Shown piece by piece: positions 29,678 to 39,900 of a DNA stretch of 64,000 nt. Source of the DNA: a virus (taxonomy: Duplodnaviria; Caudoviricetes); the IMG/VR virus record IMGVR_UViG_3300044730_000647, positions 1,079 through 65,078 of that record, one strand, 5' to 3'. The notes beneath the pieces were generated by a model that saw only the letters and a list, made by a program, of their open reading frames with translations, was not told the DNA's origin and did not search any database. Each line of letters begins with the position of its first letter. Position 1 is the first letter of the stretch. A program made the translations under genes and the position numbers.

Positions 29678-30259
29678 TTGAAGGTAGAAGACCTGGGAAA
29701 TAAAATATTTATGTATAAGAATGCAATAGAAAATGATTTGCAAATTCTTACTGAGCTAAATAGTATATTTTCTGATTATAATCAAGACTATAAGTCCGCA
29801 ACAATAAATAATCATGACTATGACCCCTCCTTGCGTTCGTGCACTGTTTTTTCATTATACACAAACTTGCAAGACAAATCCGATTACAATAATGCAAAAA
29901 GAGTTCTTAATAAAAAAATAGATCTAGCATTATCTAAGTGTATATTGCATTTTGTAAGATCAACTGGAATAAAGATAAAAGAAAGGGAGCCGTGGGAGAT
30001 ATTAAAGTATGAGCAGTCTCAAAAGCTCACATGGCACAGTGACGATGGAAAAAGCCACCCGTCTACTATATCGTTTGTTTACTATATAAATGATGATTAT
30101 GAGGGAGGGGAAATTCAGTTTAAAGATAAAGCATACAGCATACCGATAAAGCCTCAAAAGAATAGCCTGATAATATTCCCTTCCAGCTCAGATTATATAC
30201 ACAGGGTTTTGCCAGTAGTAAGCGGAGTGAAGCACTCGGTAATATCCTTTGGCAAATAA
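29678..30259 (+). CDS. 2OG-Fe(II) oxygenase (prolyl-4-hydroxylase-like)
   Basis: ILKY...WHSD (HxD), YINDDYEGGEIQF, IIFPS, YIHRVLPV..G.K motifs. Confidence 0.9.
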   Translation: MKVEDLGNKIFMYKNAIENDLQILTELNSIFSDYNQDYKSATINNHDYDPSLRSCTVFSLYTNLQDKSDYNNAKRVLNKKIDLALSKCILHFVRSTGIKIKEREPWEILKYEQSQKLTWHSDDGKSHPSTISFVYYINDDYEGGEIQFKDKAYSIPIKPQKNSLIIFPSSSDYIHRVLPVVSGVKHSVISFGK

Positions 30260-30318
30260 ATTTTTTACTAGACATCTATTGCAATAAATGATATGATTCA
30301 TTGTGTTAAGGAGATATT

Positions 30319-30552
30319 ATGAATAAGTCAGACATGCAAGGAAGTACATACATGGTTCTTGTTGATGGTGAGTATGCTGGGTGGTTTAATATCGCTGGCC
30401 CTGGAACTGATCTATTAAGAGCTGGTCTTTCTAGCACACCAATTTTAGTAGATATGGAAGACATTGCAATTGATATTCCAGATTTACCAAAAGCTGGCGC
30501 TAATTATTTTTGGAACGGCCAGTCGTTTGAATTGAGGGAAATAAGTGGCTAG
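30319..30552 (+). CDS. Hypothetical protein
   Basis: SD AGGAG; ends YFWNGQSF, as seen in small fibre-associated phage proteins. Confidence 0.6.
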   Translation: MNKSDMQGSTYMVLVDGEYAGWFNIAGPGTDLLRAGLSSTPILVDMEDIAIDIPDLPKAGANYFWNGQSFELREISG

Positions 30553-30781
30553 TAAATGGGAGCAAGCAAAAAAGCTTGTTTCTTCAAATGAAGTAAAACC
30601 CTGGGATTTTTTAAATCCAAACACAGAGTATTCTTCAGAAGAAGAGTCAAGTGCCAGGTATTCTTTATGTAAAGCCTGCCCTAAATTTAATGACGGGGTA
30701 AAGACCTGCCAAGAATGCGGTTGCTTTATGCCAGCGAAAACAAGATTAAAGGGAGCGGTTTGCCCAATAGGTAAATGGTAA
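30545..30781 (+). CDS. Small Cys-rich metal-binding protein
   Basis: R..LCKACP...CQECGCFMPAK..L....CP.GKW. Confidence 0.7.
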   Translation: MASKWEQAKKLVSSNEVKPWDFLNPNTEYSSEEESSARYSLCKACPKFNDGVKTCQECGCFMPAKTRLKGAVCPIGKW

Positions 30782-30816
30782 TGGTATAATAATATGACAA
30801 ACAAGGAGGAAGTAAA

Positions 30817-31038
30817 ATGGCAGAATACGTATTAACCAATGAAGAAAAAAGCTCAATAATTGAGTCTCACCTGAGAACGCTTGCATACTCAAAGTATAAT
30901 TTACAGGTAAATTTAATGGAAGAGGAAGCAGCAGAAACTCCATCTACAGATGGTATTGCATCTATTAATGTGCAAATTGCTTCAGTTAATAAAAAAATAG
31001 AGGCTCTTGTCGAAGAGCTAACTTCTCTATCAGAATAA
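30817..31038 (+). CDS. Small coiled-coil hypothetical protein
   Basis: SD GGAGG; TGGTATAAT promoter at 30782-30790. Confidence 0.7.
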   Translation: MAEYVLTNEEKSSIIESHLRTLAYSKYNLQVNLMEEEAAETPSTDGIASINVQIASVNKKIEALVEELTSLSE

Positions 31039-31050
31039 GTTAGGTAAAAA

Positions 31051-31239
31051 ATGTCTTCTAAAGAAGAATTAATTATAACTGCTCTTCAAGAAAGAATTGG
31101 CCAGATGGCGGCTCATCATGAATTGCAGATTGCAATGCTAAGAGCAGAGCTTACTACAATTATAAATCAAAATCAAGAAAAAGAAAAAGCTATTTCTGAG
31201 TACTCTAATCAAATAGAGTCAAAGGTGGAGGAAATTTAG
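31051..31239 (+). CDS. Small coiled-coil hypothetical protein
   Basis: 62 aa, tightly packed. Confidence 0.6.
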   Translation: MSSKEELIITALQERIGQMAAHHELQIAMLRAELTTIINQNQEKEKAISEYSNQIESKVEEI

Positions 31240-31665
31240 TTGACAGTTACATTCCAAGATGGAGAGCCAGTAGATCCTAAAAAATTACAGGATCTTCAAA
31301 CACAAATAGATAGCATTAAGCTTCAGTCTGATGAGACTTATAAGCTTAGTACAACAACTGCAGGTAGTATCACACAGTCAACTAGAATGCATTTAGAAGC
31401 TGGCGTAGTTACATTTGAAACTGGATTACCTGGCGGAAAAGTTAGCTCAATCGAAATTGATTTAGGTTGGGGACCAGAATATGAAATTGCTTATGTTGTT
31501 GCAACACCAAGAAACCAAGATCCTAAAACTAATAACATGAGATGGTCTATTTCTGGACAGTGGTCGGGATCAACTAAACTAAATGTGTATGCTGAAAAAA
31601 CTATATCTGGACCAGTTAATTTTCACTGGTTGAGTGCAGGTAAAAAGGTTATAAGCAAACCTTAA
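31240..31665 (+). CDS. Hypothetical protein (possible short fibre/lectin-like)
   Basis: N-terminal coiled coil plus beta-rich C-terminus ending FHWLSAG; SD GGAGG. Confidence 0.5.
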   Translation: MTVTFQDGEPVDPKKLQDLQTQIDSIKLQSDETYKLSTTTAGSITQSTRMHLEAGVVTFETGLPGGKVSSIEIDLGWGPEYEIAYVVATPRNQDPKTNNMRWSISGQWSGSTKLNVYAEKTISGPVNFHWLSAGKKVISKP

Positions 31666-31673
31666 AGTATCTA

Positions 31674-31701
31674 TTGACACATTGATTTAATATGTTACAA
31701 T
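31674..31701 (+). promoter_or_regulatory. SigA-type promoter TTGACA-N16-TACAAT with TG extension
   Basis: TTGACA 31674-79, TG 31693-94, TACAAT 31696-701; at the head of the replication block. Confidence 0.7.
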
Positions 31702-31713
31702 TGCTATAACATT

Positions 31714-31736
31714 AAGCCACGATATCGTGGCTTTTA
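31714..31736 (+). terminator. Perfect 20-bp palindrome plus T-tract (terminator or operator)
   Basis: AAGCCACGAT/ATCGTGGCTT followed by TT. Confidence 0.65.
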
Positions 31737-31754
31737 TATATATTAAGGGTTTTA

Positions 31755-32555
31755 ATGAGCAACGATTTAAAGTGGATGATATCATCCGATCAACAATTTC
31801 CGTATCAAGATGATAAGATGATTGCGCTTTGGTTTAAAGTCATGAAGTGGTTTAAACCAGATGTCGTTGATTACCTCGGAGACACAGATGATCAGGCTTG
31901 CTATAGCAAGTATACTGAGGGCAAATCAGCAGAGTTTTTAAACTATCATAAGAATGATAGCAAAGATCTTATTGTTCCGATGATGAGGCATGAAGCAAAG
32001 GGCGCAAGAGACTTTTATGCAAAGACAAGAGAGATGCTTCCAGATGCTCAGCTTTTTTCAGCATTAGGAAATCATGATATTAGAATATTTAATTATGTAG
32101 ATGCTAAGTTGCCAGAGTACATTTCTGAAGTAACTCCAGAATCAATGTGGAGCCTAGATTCTCTAGGCTATGAGTATATTTATTATAATGAACTTCCTAA
32201 GCGCCGCTTTGGAGATATACATGTTCATCATGGACTTTCAATTGCTTCAACTGGTTCAGTAAGAAAAGATATGGAAGACCTTCAGATATCTTTGATGAGA
32301 GGCCACTCTCATAGAATAGCATCACACTTAGTTACTTATGAGTTAAGAAACGGTGGACAGGGAGAAACTCTTCGAGGTTATGAGCTTGGCCACATGTGTG
32401 ATGAAAAATCAGATGGAATGAAATATATGCAGCACCATGATTGGCAAAAGGGTTTTGCCATTGCACATATTGTAAATGACTACCCACATATTCAAATGAT
32501 CCATGTGGCACCAGATTACTCATGTGTTGTTGATGGGAAGCTATTTACACTATGA
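31755..32555 (+). CDS. Calcineurin-like metallophosphoesterase
   Basis: SDQQ, LGDTDD, GNHD, HHG and GHSH motifs. Confidence 0.85.
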   Translation: MSNDLKWMISSDQQFPYQDDKMIALWFKVMKWFKPDVVDYLGDTDDQACYSKYTEGKSAEFLNYHKNDSKDLIVPMMRHEAKGARDFYAKTREMLPDAQLFSALGNHDIRIFNYVDAKLPEYISEVTPESMWSLDSLGYEYIYYNELPKRRFGDIHVHHGLSIASTGSVRKDMEDLQISLMRGHSHRIASHLVTYELRNGGQGETLRGYELGHMCDEKSDGMKYMQHHDWQKGFAIAHIVNDYPHIQMIHVAPDYSCVVDGKLFTL

Positions 32556-32740
32556 TGAAATGCAATAAGTGTCAGGGGAGAGTTTTTGTAGATAGGGTAT
32601 TTTCACAAAAACTACACGTAGAGCTTTTCTGCATGATGTGCGGTAAAAGATGGATGATTAATAAGGATACGAGTGCACTAGGTAAATGGATAGAAAAAAG
32701 AGAAAACAATCAGCTAAGAGCATTCGGTATTTCTTCTTAA
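32552..32740 (+). CDS. Small zinc-ribbon protein
   Basis: CNKC...CMMCG. Confidence 0.65.
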   Translation: MMKCNKCQGRVFVDRVFSQKLHVELFCMMCGKRWMINKDTSALGKWIEKRENNQLRAFGISS

Positions 32741-33168
32741 ATAACAAGATACATAAAGTATTAAGTCATTCAAGATCTAAAGACCAGATGGTTGCTTGGT
32801 GCTATCCAGATAAAAAGAGATTGCTATACTCTTATTCACAAGTTTTAAAAACTATGGAGAATGCATACTCAACTAGTCAGGTAGCTCAACTGCTTGGTAA
32901 GCATAAGGTTACTATAGAAGATTATATTTTGGACGGCAAGATAAGATATCCTCAGAAAGTATATCCAATAGGTAATCCAGATAGTACATGGTATAAGTTT
33001 ATGTATAGTGAATCGGACATAATGGACATTCATGAGTTTATATTAGAATCAGGATATTCTAATAACATGCCTTCAAAAAATGAGATGAGGGCTCTTCTCA
33101 AACACAACACTATATTGTATACTAAGACAACAGAAGGGAACTTTGTACCAGTATGGAAAGCGGAGTAG
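32686..33168 (+). CDS. Helix-turn-helix DNA-binding protein
   Basis: YSTSQVAQLLGKHKVTIEDYILDG, a MerR/excisionase-type HTH. Confidence 0.7.
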   Translation: MDRKKRKQSAKSIRYFFLNNKIHKVLSHSRSKDQMVAWCYPDKKRLLYSYSQVLKTMENAYSTSQVAQLLGKHKVTIEDYILDGKIRYPQKVYPIGNPDSTWYKFMYSESDIMDIHEFILESGYSNNMPSKNEMRALLKHNTILYTKTTEGNFVPVWKAE

Positions 33169-33275
33169 CACAAGCAAGAGTTGTAGTATGTGAAGTATGT
33201 AAGAAAGAATTAGTAGTGCGTTGGGGCATTTTTGCTCATGACACTTTAAGCAGACATAGAAAGGCGGAGCACTAA
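33153..33275 (+). CDS. 40-aa C2H2-type zinc-finger microprotein (not in ORF track)
   Basis: MESGVAQARVVVCEVCKKELVVRWGIFAHDTLSRHRKAEH*; stop overlaps the next ATG (TAATG). Confidence 0.6.
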   Translation: MESGVAQARVVVCEVCKKELVVRWGIFAHDTLSRHRKAEH

Positions 33276-33484
33276 TGGAAAAAGGAACTCAGGTTAGAGT
33301 TGATTTGTCTTTTACACGCAACCTAGGCAATTTTGAAAGCATTAAGATTGGTATTGGCGTTGACGACTTTGTTCGAGACGGCGAGACAGTAGATGCTGCA
33401 GCAGACAGAGTCTATAAGTTTGTTGAAGACAAGCTTATTCAAAAGACACAAGAAGTAGAAGAGGAATTGCGTGGCAGTAAATAA
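33275..33484 (+). CDS. Hypothetical protein
   Basis: TRNLGNFESIKI motif; translationally coupled. Confidence 0.65.
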   Translation: MEKGTQVRVDLSFTRNLGNFESIKIGIGVDDFVRDGETVDAAADRVYKFVEDKLIQKTQEVEEELRGSK

Positions 33485-33785
33485 AGAACCCTACATCCTC
33501 TTATCTTTATATTCAAACTTATACGAAGGCCTGTACAATACAAAGCCAACAATTAATAGATATAAAGAGAAGTGGGCTATGCAGGATGTAATTGATAGCA
33601 TAGGGTTTGATAGAGCTAGAGATGTTTTAGAATATTATTTTAAGACTGGAAAGAATAGACACCCACTTAATTTCTTTTACAATAATTTTGACAGAATAGA
33701 AGACATGATGATTCAAATTAAAGAAGATAAAGTTAACAGAAGCCGTCTGTTGCAAGAAACTAAAAGAATGGTTGAGGATAATTAG
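33471..33785 (+). CDS. Hypothetical protein upstream of helicase
   Basis: 104 aa, coupled to dnaB. Confidence 0.6.
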   Translation: MAVNKEPYILLSLYSNLYEGLYNTKPTINRYKEKWAMQDVIDSIGFDRARDVLEYYFKTGKNRHPLNFFYNNFDRIEDMMIQIKEDKVNRSRLLQETKRMVEDN

Positions 33786-35020
33786 TGAATACAGAAGCAG
33801 AACTAATTTCAGCAGTTTGTAAAAACAAAGACATAAGCACCATTCTTGCAGATAATTCAGACGACCTATTTGTATCTCATAAAGATATCTGGGAAGGTCT
33901 CAAGTCATACTATTATAAGTTTAGGGCAGTTCCAGAGGCTGGAATTTTGCAGGATAAGTTTAAAGACTTTGAGCCAGTTGAAACAAAAGGGGAGACTGGA
34001 TACTATTTAGACAAACTAAAAAATGAATTTGTGGGCAACAAGCTAAAGACAATTCTTATGCAGGCTGGCTCATCTCTAAAAGAAGATGCACCATCTAGAG
34101 TGCTTGGAACAATGCAGTCTCAATTAGCAAACTTAAGTAGATACACTAATAATGTTAAAGACTTAGATATCACAGACCTTGACTCAGCTGAAAGACACTA
34201 TGAGTCAGTTAAAACTAGATCTCTAGCAATGGGAGGAAGCCCAGGAATTTTAACTGGCTTTGAAGCTATAGATAAGGCCTACCCAACTGGTATGGCTCCA
34301 GGCCACCTCATTGTTGCAATTGGATGGCCAGGCCGAGGAAAGACATGGTTCACATCTTACTTAGCATGCAAAGCTTGGGAGCAAGGGTTTAAGCCAATGA
34401 TTGTTTCTCTTGAAATGGCTCCAGAAAATATGCGAGATCGAATTTACACAATGCTAGGATCTGGATTATTTAGAGCCAGCGATCTTTCTAAGGGTGATAT
34501 TAATATTGATGATTTTAAAACTTGGGGAAAGAAAAAAACCGAAGGTAAGAATAGTTTTATCCTTGTCTCAAATGAAGGTGCTGGAGAAGTAACACCAGCA
34601 ACTATTCAAGGAAAGATCGATCAACATAAACCAGATCTAGTTATCCTTGACTACCATCAGCTGTTCAATGATAATAAGAGAAGTAATTCTGAAGTTGAAA
34701 GAAATAGAAATATCTCAAGAGACTTCAAGCTCCTTGCTGTAACAAATGGAATTCCTATTATTGATATTACTGCTGCAACTGCAGATGATATCTCAGATCA
34801 AAAGGAACCCCCAATGATGAGTCAGGTTGCATGGTCAAAAGCCATTGAGTATGATGCTGATATGGCTATTGCAATTCATAAGCATGCTAATACAGATCTT
34901 ATTGAGGTTGTCTCTAGAAAGAATAGACATGGACATGACTTCAGGTTCTTCCTTGACTGGGATATAAATAGGGGAGTAATTACTCCAATCTATGAAGACC
35001 TTCCAGAGCTGAGCAAGTGA
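33785..35020 (+). CDS. dnaB: DnaB-like replicative helicase
   Basis: Walker A GWPGRGKT, SLEM, LVILDYHQL, IEYDAD, KNRHG. Confidence 0.92.
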   Translation: MNTEAELISAVCKNKDISTILADNSDDLFVSHKDIWEGLKSYYYKFRAVPEAGILQDKFKDFEPVETKGETGYYLDKLKNEFVGNKLKTILMQAGSSLKEDAPSRVLGTMQSQLANLSRYTNNVKDLDITDLDSAERHYESVKTRSLAMGGSPGILTGFEAIDKAYPTGMAPGHLIVAIGWPGRGKTWFTSYLACKAWEQGFKPMIVSLEMAPENMRDRIYTMLGSGLFRASDLSKGDINIDDFKTWGKKKTEGKNSFILVSNEGAGEVTPATIQGKIDQHKPDLVILDYHQLFNDNKRSNSEVERNRNISRDFKLLAVTNGIPIIDITAATADDISDQKEPPMMSQVAWSKAIEYDADMAIAIHKHANTDLIEVVSRKNRHGHDFRFFLDWDINRGVITPIYEDLPELSK

Positions 35021-35307
35021 CTCATAAAAATATTAAAAGGTTTCAGATAAGAGTTGAGTTTTTAGATGATTCTGACATGATCAGAATTAAAAAACAATAT
35101 GAAGATTTGCTTGTAAGCCAAATGAAAGATTCTGGATACGCCAGGGTACTTGACATAGACCCAGCTTTTTCGGTAGAATTTGACGGACAGACATGGAAGT
35201 TCTTAATGACTCTCCATGGAGTTTATGTAGGAAAGAAGAAGGCATGGCAATTAGAGGGTATGACACAAGGAAAGTTGATACAACGGAATATTCCCATGCC
35301 CACATAA
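35017..35307 (+). CDS. Hypothetical protein
   Basis: 96 aa overlapping both neighbours. Confidence 0.55.
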   Translation: MTHKNIKRFQIRVEFLDDSDMIRIKKQYEDLLVSQMKDSGYARVLDIDPAFSVEFDGQTWKFLMTLHGVYVGKKKAWQLEGMTQGKLIQRNIPMPT

Positions 35308-36233
35308 GGTCAATAGTACAAAGCCTAGGAATAGATATGGTTGGAGAAACATCCAACGACTTTTTGGCATACTGTCCATTTCATTCAAACAGACACACAT
35401 CAAGCTTTAGCATAAGTAAAACAAAAGGTGCCTACATATGTTTTAATCCATCCTGTGGCGAAGCTGGAACATTAAGCGATCTAGTAAAAAAGATTTTAAA
35501 CAAAAATGAATTTCAGTCTTTAAGGTATATTGAATCAAAGCAGTCAGAGTCTCTAGAAAACTTTGATGAATCATTAAAGGATATCTTAGAGGATAAGCCA
35601 GACTTTATTGAATTCCCAGCAGAAAAATTGATTAACTTACATAATGGATTAATCAATAGCGACAAGGCTCAGGAATACTTAAAGTCTCGTGGTATTGATT
35701 TAGATTCAATTAAACATTTTTCATTAGGATATTCAGACAATATGGACATGATAACTGTTCCAGTTCATAGCCCAGACGGTATAGCAGTAGGTGTTGTTGG
35801 TAGATCTATTTCTGATAAGAGATTTAAGAATAGCAAAGACCTTCCAAGAAGCAAAACTATGTTTAATATTCACCGTGCTAAAAAAATTGGAGATAGGGTT
35901 ATTGTTGTAGAGTCTAGCTTTGATGCAATTCGTGTTCACCAAGCTGGATTTCCAAATGTGGTAGCAACTCTTGGTGGACACATATCAGGGCAAAACCTTA
36001 GTCTATTAAATAGATACTTTAATACAGTTATAATTATGACGGATGCTGATAAGGCAGGAAGAGATTTAGGCTCAACGATTGCATATAAACTAAATAATAA
36101 AAACATCTTGTGGGCATCGCATTCTTATGGTAGAATATATCCAGAGGGTGTAAAAGATGCAGGTGATATGTCTGATGAAGATATTAAATCTTGTATAACA
36201 AATGCCATATCTAATTTCGAATACAGAACTTAA
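35244..36233 (+). CDS. dnaG: DNA primase (Zn finger + TOPRIM)
   Basis: CPFH...CFNPSC zinc finger, YLKSRGI, VVESSFDA, MTDADKAG, KDAGD; start uncertain. Confidence 0.9.
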   Translation: MAIRGYDTRKVDTTEYSHAHIRSIVQSLGIDMVGETSNDFLAYCPFHSNRHTSSFSISKTKGAYICFNPSCGEAGTLSDLVKKILNKNEFQSLRYIESKQSESLENFDESLKDILEDKPDFIEFPAEKLINLHNGLINSDKAQEYLKSRGIDLDSIKHFSLGYSDNMDMITVPVHSPDGIAVGVVGRSISDKRFKNSKDLPRSKTMFNIHRAKKIGDRVIVVESSFDAIRVHQAGFPNVVATLGGHISGQNLSLLNRYFNTVIIMTDADKAGRDLGSTIAYKLNNKNILWASHSYGRIYPEGVKDAGDMSDEDIKSCITNAISNFEYRT

Positions 36234-36285
36234 AAAATACGTGGTTACAAACGGATATATACCGTTACATACATAAGGAGAAAAA

Positions 36286-36960
36286 ATGGGAATAGTAAAA
36301 GGTTTGTCAGGAATGACAAAGGCAATGGACAAGGTTACATACACTAGTTCAGAAGATAGCAAGGCAAAGTGGTTAAAGATTGAAGATGGTGAAGCAGTAA
36401 AGATTCGCTTCTTGCAAGAGCTTGATCCAGATTCACCACACTATAATGAAAAAATGGGTTGCGGATTTTTTGCAATTGAACACACAAATCCTAAAGATTA
36501 TCGCCGTAAGGCATTAGATACAATGGAAGATGAAGGCCGTGACTGGGCTCAAGAGCAGCACCGCAAGGATCCAAAGGCTGGTTGGGGCGCAAGAAAGCGT
36601 CTTTACATTAATGTTCTAGTCGATGATGGAAAGACTGAGCCATATGTAGCAATTCTTTCTCAAGGAGTAAGCGGTAAAACAATTACACCAACACTGATTG
36701 AATATGCAAATGAAATGGGAAGCATCACAAATCTAATGTGGCGTGTAAAGCGTAGTGGTCTTAAGACAGACACAAGCTACACAATTATACCGTTGGCTAA
36801 AGATGAAAAGCCATTCGACTTTTCCGCTGTCGAGCTGTTTGATTTAGAAAAAACAGCAGTGCGTAGCGTTCCATACGCAGAGCAGGAAGCATTCTATACT
36901 GGTGAGTCATCTCCAGAAGAACGAGAGTCATCTTCAACAAGCAGCAGCGTAGACTGGTAA
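36286..36960 (+). CDS. Single-stranded DNA-binding protein (T4 gp32-like)
   Basis: KIRFL, RLYINVLV and KRSGLKTDTSYTII motifs with an acidic Ser-rich tail ending DW. Confidence 0.7.
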   Translation: MGIVKGLSGMTKAMDKVTYTSSEDSKAKWLKIEDGEAVKIRFLQELDPDSPHYNEKMGCGFFAIEHTNPKDYRRKALDTMEDEGRDWAQEQHRKDPKAGWGARKRLYINVLVDDGKTEPYVAILSQGVSGKTITPTLIEYANEMGSITNLMWRVKRSGLKTDTSYTIIPLAKDEKPFDFSAVELFDLEKTAVRSVPYAEQEAFYTGESSPEERESSSTSSSVDW

Positions 36961-36985
36961 GAGAGAGTATAGGCGGAGAATTAAG

Positions 36986-39900
36986 TTGAACTTCACACAT
37001 TTGCATGTGCATTCTTTCTATTCATTAATGGATGGGCTTAATTCTCCTGCCGAACTTGTAAAAGCTGCAAAAGAAGCTGGTCAGACTTCTCTGGCTATTA
37101 CTGACCACGGAACACTATCTTCACACCGTGAAATGCAAATTGCATGTAAAGAGCAAGGGATCAAGCCAATTCTTGGAGTGGAAGCATACATTTCTCCAAC
37201 AGATAGATTTGATAGATCTTCAAAGACAGATAAATCAATTCAGGCCTATAACCATATTATTCTTTTAGCTAAGAATAAAAAGGGTCTAGAGAATATCAAC
37301 ACCCTTCAGGAGCTTGCATGGACAGAAGGCTTTTATCATAAGCCACGTATTGATAGAGAGGTATTGAAAGAGTATGCAGAAGGTATTATTGTATTGTCTG
37401 GATGCCTTAACGGGCTTATTAGTAAGGCTATTGAACGCCAGGAATTCTCAGAAGCAAAACTTGTACTTCAAGACTTTAAGAAAACTTTTGGTGAAGACTT
37501 TTACGTTGAGGTGCAGTCTCATAACCCGACAGAAATCAACTCAAAGCTTTTGGAGCTGGCTGATCAACTCAAGATAAAAGCGGTGGCAACAGGAGATGCT
37601 CACTTTGCTAAAGAAGAAGATAGAGTATTAGAAGAAGCAATGCTTATTCTATCAACATCTCCTAAGTCGGATAAAGATGCAGACTTTGAAATGTCTAGAC
37701 AAATGCCAGACATGATGGATAGATTTAATTACTTATACCCAGACCGTAGAATATCATTTCAAGATTATAATCTATTTATTCAAAGCAGGTCTGAAATTGA
37801 GGCGGACTTTAATAAGGCAGGAATTACTCGTACAGATATATATGATAATACAATGGAAATTGCTAATAAGATTGGCGAGTATGACTTCTATGAGGGTCTA
37901 GATCTGCTGCCTATCCCAAAGACCAATGCTGATAAGAAACTGGCTGATATGGCCTTAGAAGGCCTTAAAAGACTATCTCTGGACAAAGATCAGGTCTACT
38001 TGGATAGAATTGCAGAAGAGTTATCTATAATTAAAGATAAGGCGTTTGCTTCATATTTCCTAGTTGTAGCAGATATGATTACATGGGCTAAGTCAAATAA
38101 TATTATGGTTGGTCCAGGTCGTGGTTCTGCAGCTGGCTCTTTGGTCTGCTACGCTCTGGGCATTACAGATGTAGATCCAATTAAATATGATTTACTTTTC
38201 TTTAGATTTATTAATCCAGAACGTAATGACTTTCCAGATATAGATACAGACTTTGAGGATCGCCGCCGTAAAGAAGTAAAAGATTATTTAAAGAAGAAGT
38301 TTAAGCACGTTGCATCTATTTCTACATTCACTTATTTTAAAGATAAGGGTGTAATTCGAGATGCTGCAAGAGTGTTTATGGTTCCTCTTTCAGATGTTAA
38401 TCGTGCAATGAAGTCTATCGATACATTTGAGGACTTTATGGATTCTCCAAATACAAAAGAGTTTAGAGCAAAATATCCAGAAGTAACTTGGCTTGCGGAA
38501 AGACTTCGTGGAAAGATTCGAAGTGTTGGAGTCCATGCTGCAGGTGTAGTTGTTGCAAAAGATGATTTGAGAAAGTATGCTCCAATAGAGTCCAGAGCTG
38601 ATGCAAATGATGATGTTTCTGGAAGAATTCCAGTCGTGGCATACGATATGGATACGGTTGCAGATATAGGTCTTATTAAGCTAGATGCCCTAGGTCTTAA
38701 GACTTTATCTGTGATCTCAGATACATTGAAATCAGTTAAGGATAGACACGGTAAAGAAATCAATCTATACTCCATACCGCTTGATGACCAAAAAGTTTAC
38801 AAGATGTTTAACGATGGTTATACAAAAGGTGTGTTCCAAGCAGAAGCAACACCGTACACAAACCTGCTAATTAAAATGCAGGTAGATAAGTTCGAAGACC
38901 TTGCAGCGTCTAACGCTTTGGTTAGACCAGGTGCAATGAATACTGTAGGTGCTTCATACATTAAGCGTAAACATGGAAATGAAGCGGTTAATTATATCCA
39001 TCCAATTATGAAGCCATTTACAGAAAATACATACGGAGTTATTATTTATCAGGAGCAGGTTATGCAAGCATGCGTACACCTTGGCGGAATGACTTGGTCG
39101 GAAGCAGACAAGGTTAGAAAGGTTATTGGTAAGAAGCAAGATGCAAAGGAACTCGGTCCATTCAAAGATAAATTTATTCAGGGTGCTAAAAAGCATATCA
39201 GCGCCGATGAAGCAGAAAGTCTCTGGAAAACATTCGAAGCTCACGCTGGATACTCATTCAATCGTAGTCACGCTGTCGCTTATTCTATGCTTTCTTATTA
39301 TACCGCTTGGCTTAAGTGCTATTATCCTTTGGAATTTTTATTCTCGATCCTTAAAAATGAAGGAGACAAAGACGCAAGAACAGGTTATTTGATCGAAGCC
39401 AAGAGGCTTGGAATTAAAGTTAAGCTTCCACATGTAAATGAATCAGATGTAAATTTCTCATTACAAAAGGATTCAATTAGATTTGGTTTAGCTGAAGTTA
39501 AATTTATTTCAGACAGCATTGCAAATAAAATTATTGAAAAGAGACCATATGAAAACTATAAAGATTTTGTTGACAAAGCATCCAAAAAGGGTAGCGGCAT
39601 TAATTCTAGGGCCATTAATTCTCTCAATGCTATTGGGGGTGCTGCTTTTGATGATAATCCTAGAAGCGGTAAAGAAGGAGAGTCTTATTACGAATTTTTA
39701 GGAATACCTTCGTTTAATCTTTCTAACTTAGAGCCAAGGGTCAAAGCACAGGCTAGACCTATTGATGAGTTTGAAGAGCTAGGATCGTTTGTTATGTTTG
39801 GTATGGCTAAAAGCATAAAGCGTGGGAATGGTTGGTCACGAATAGAACTTGTTGATGAAAGTGGATCAGTTGGATTGTTCGATATTGAGCAGACAAAAAT

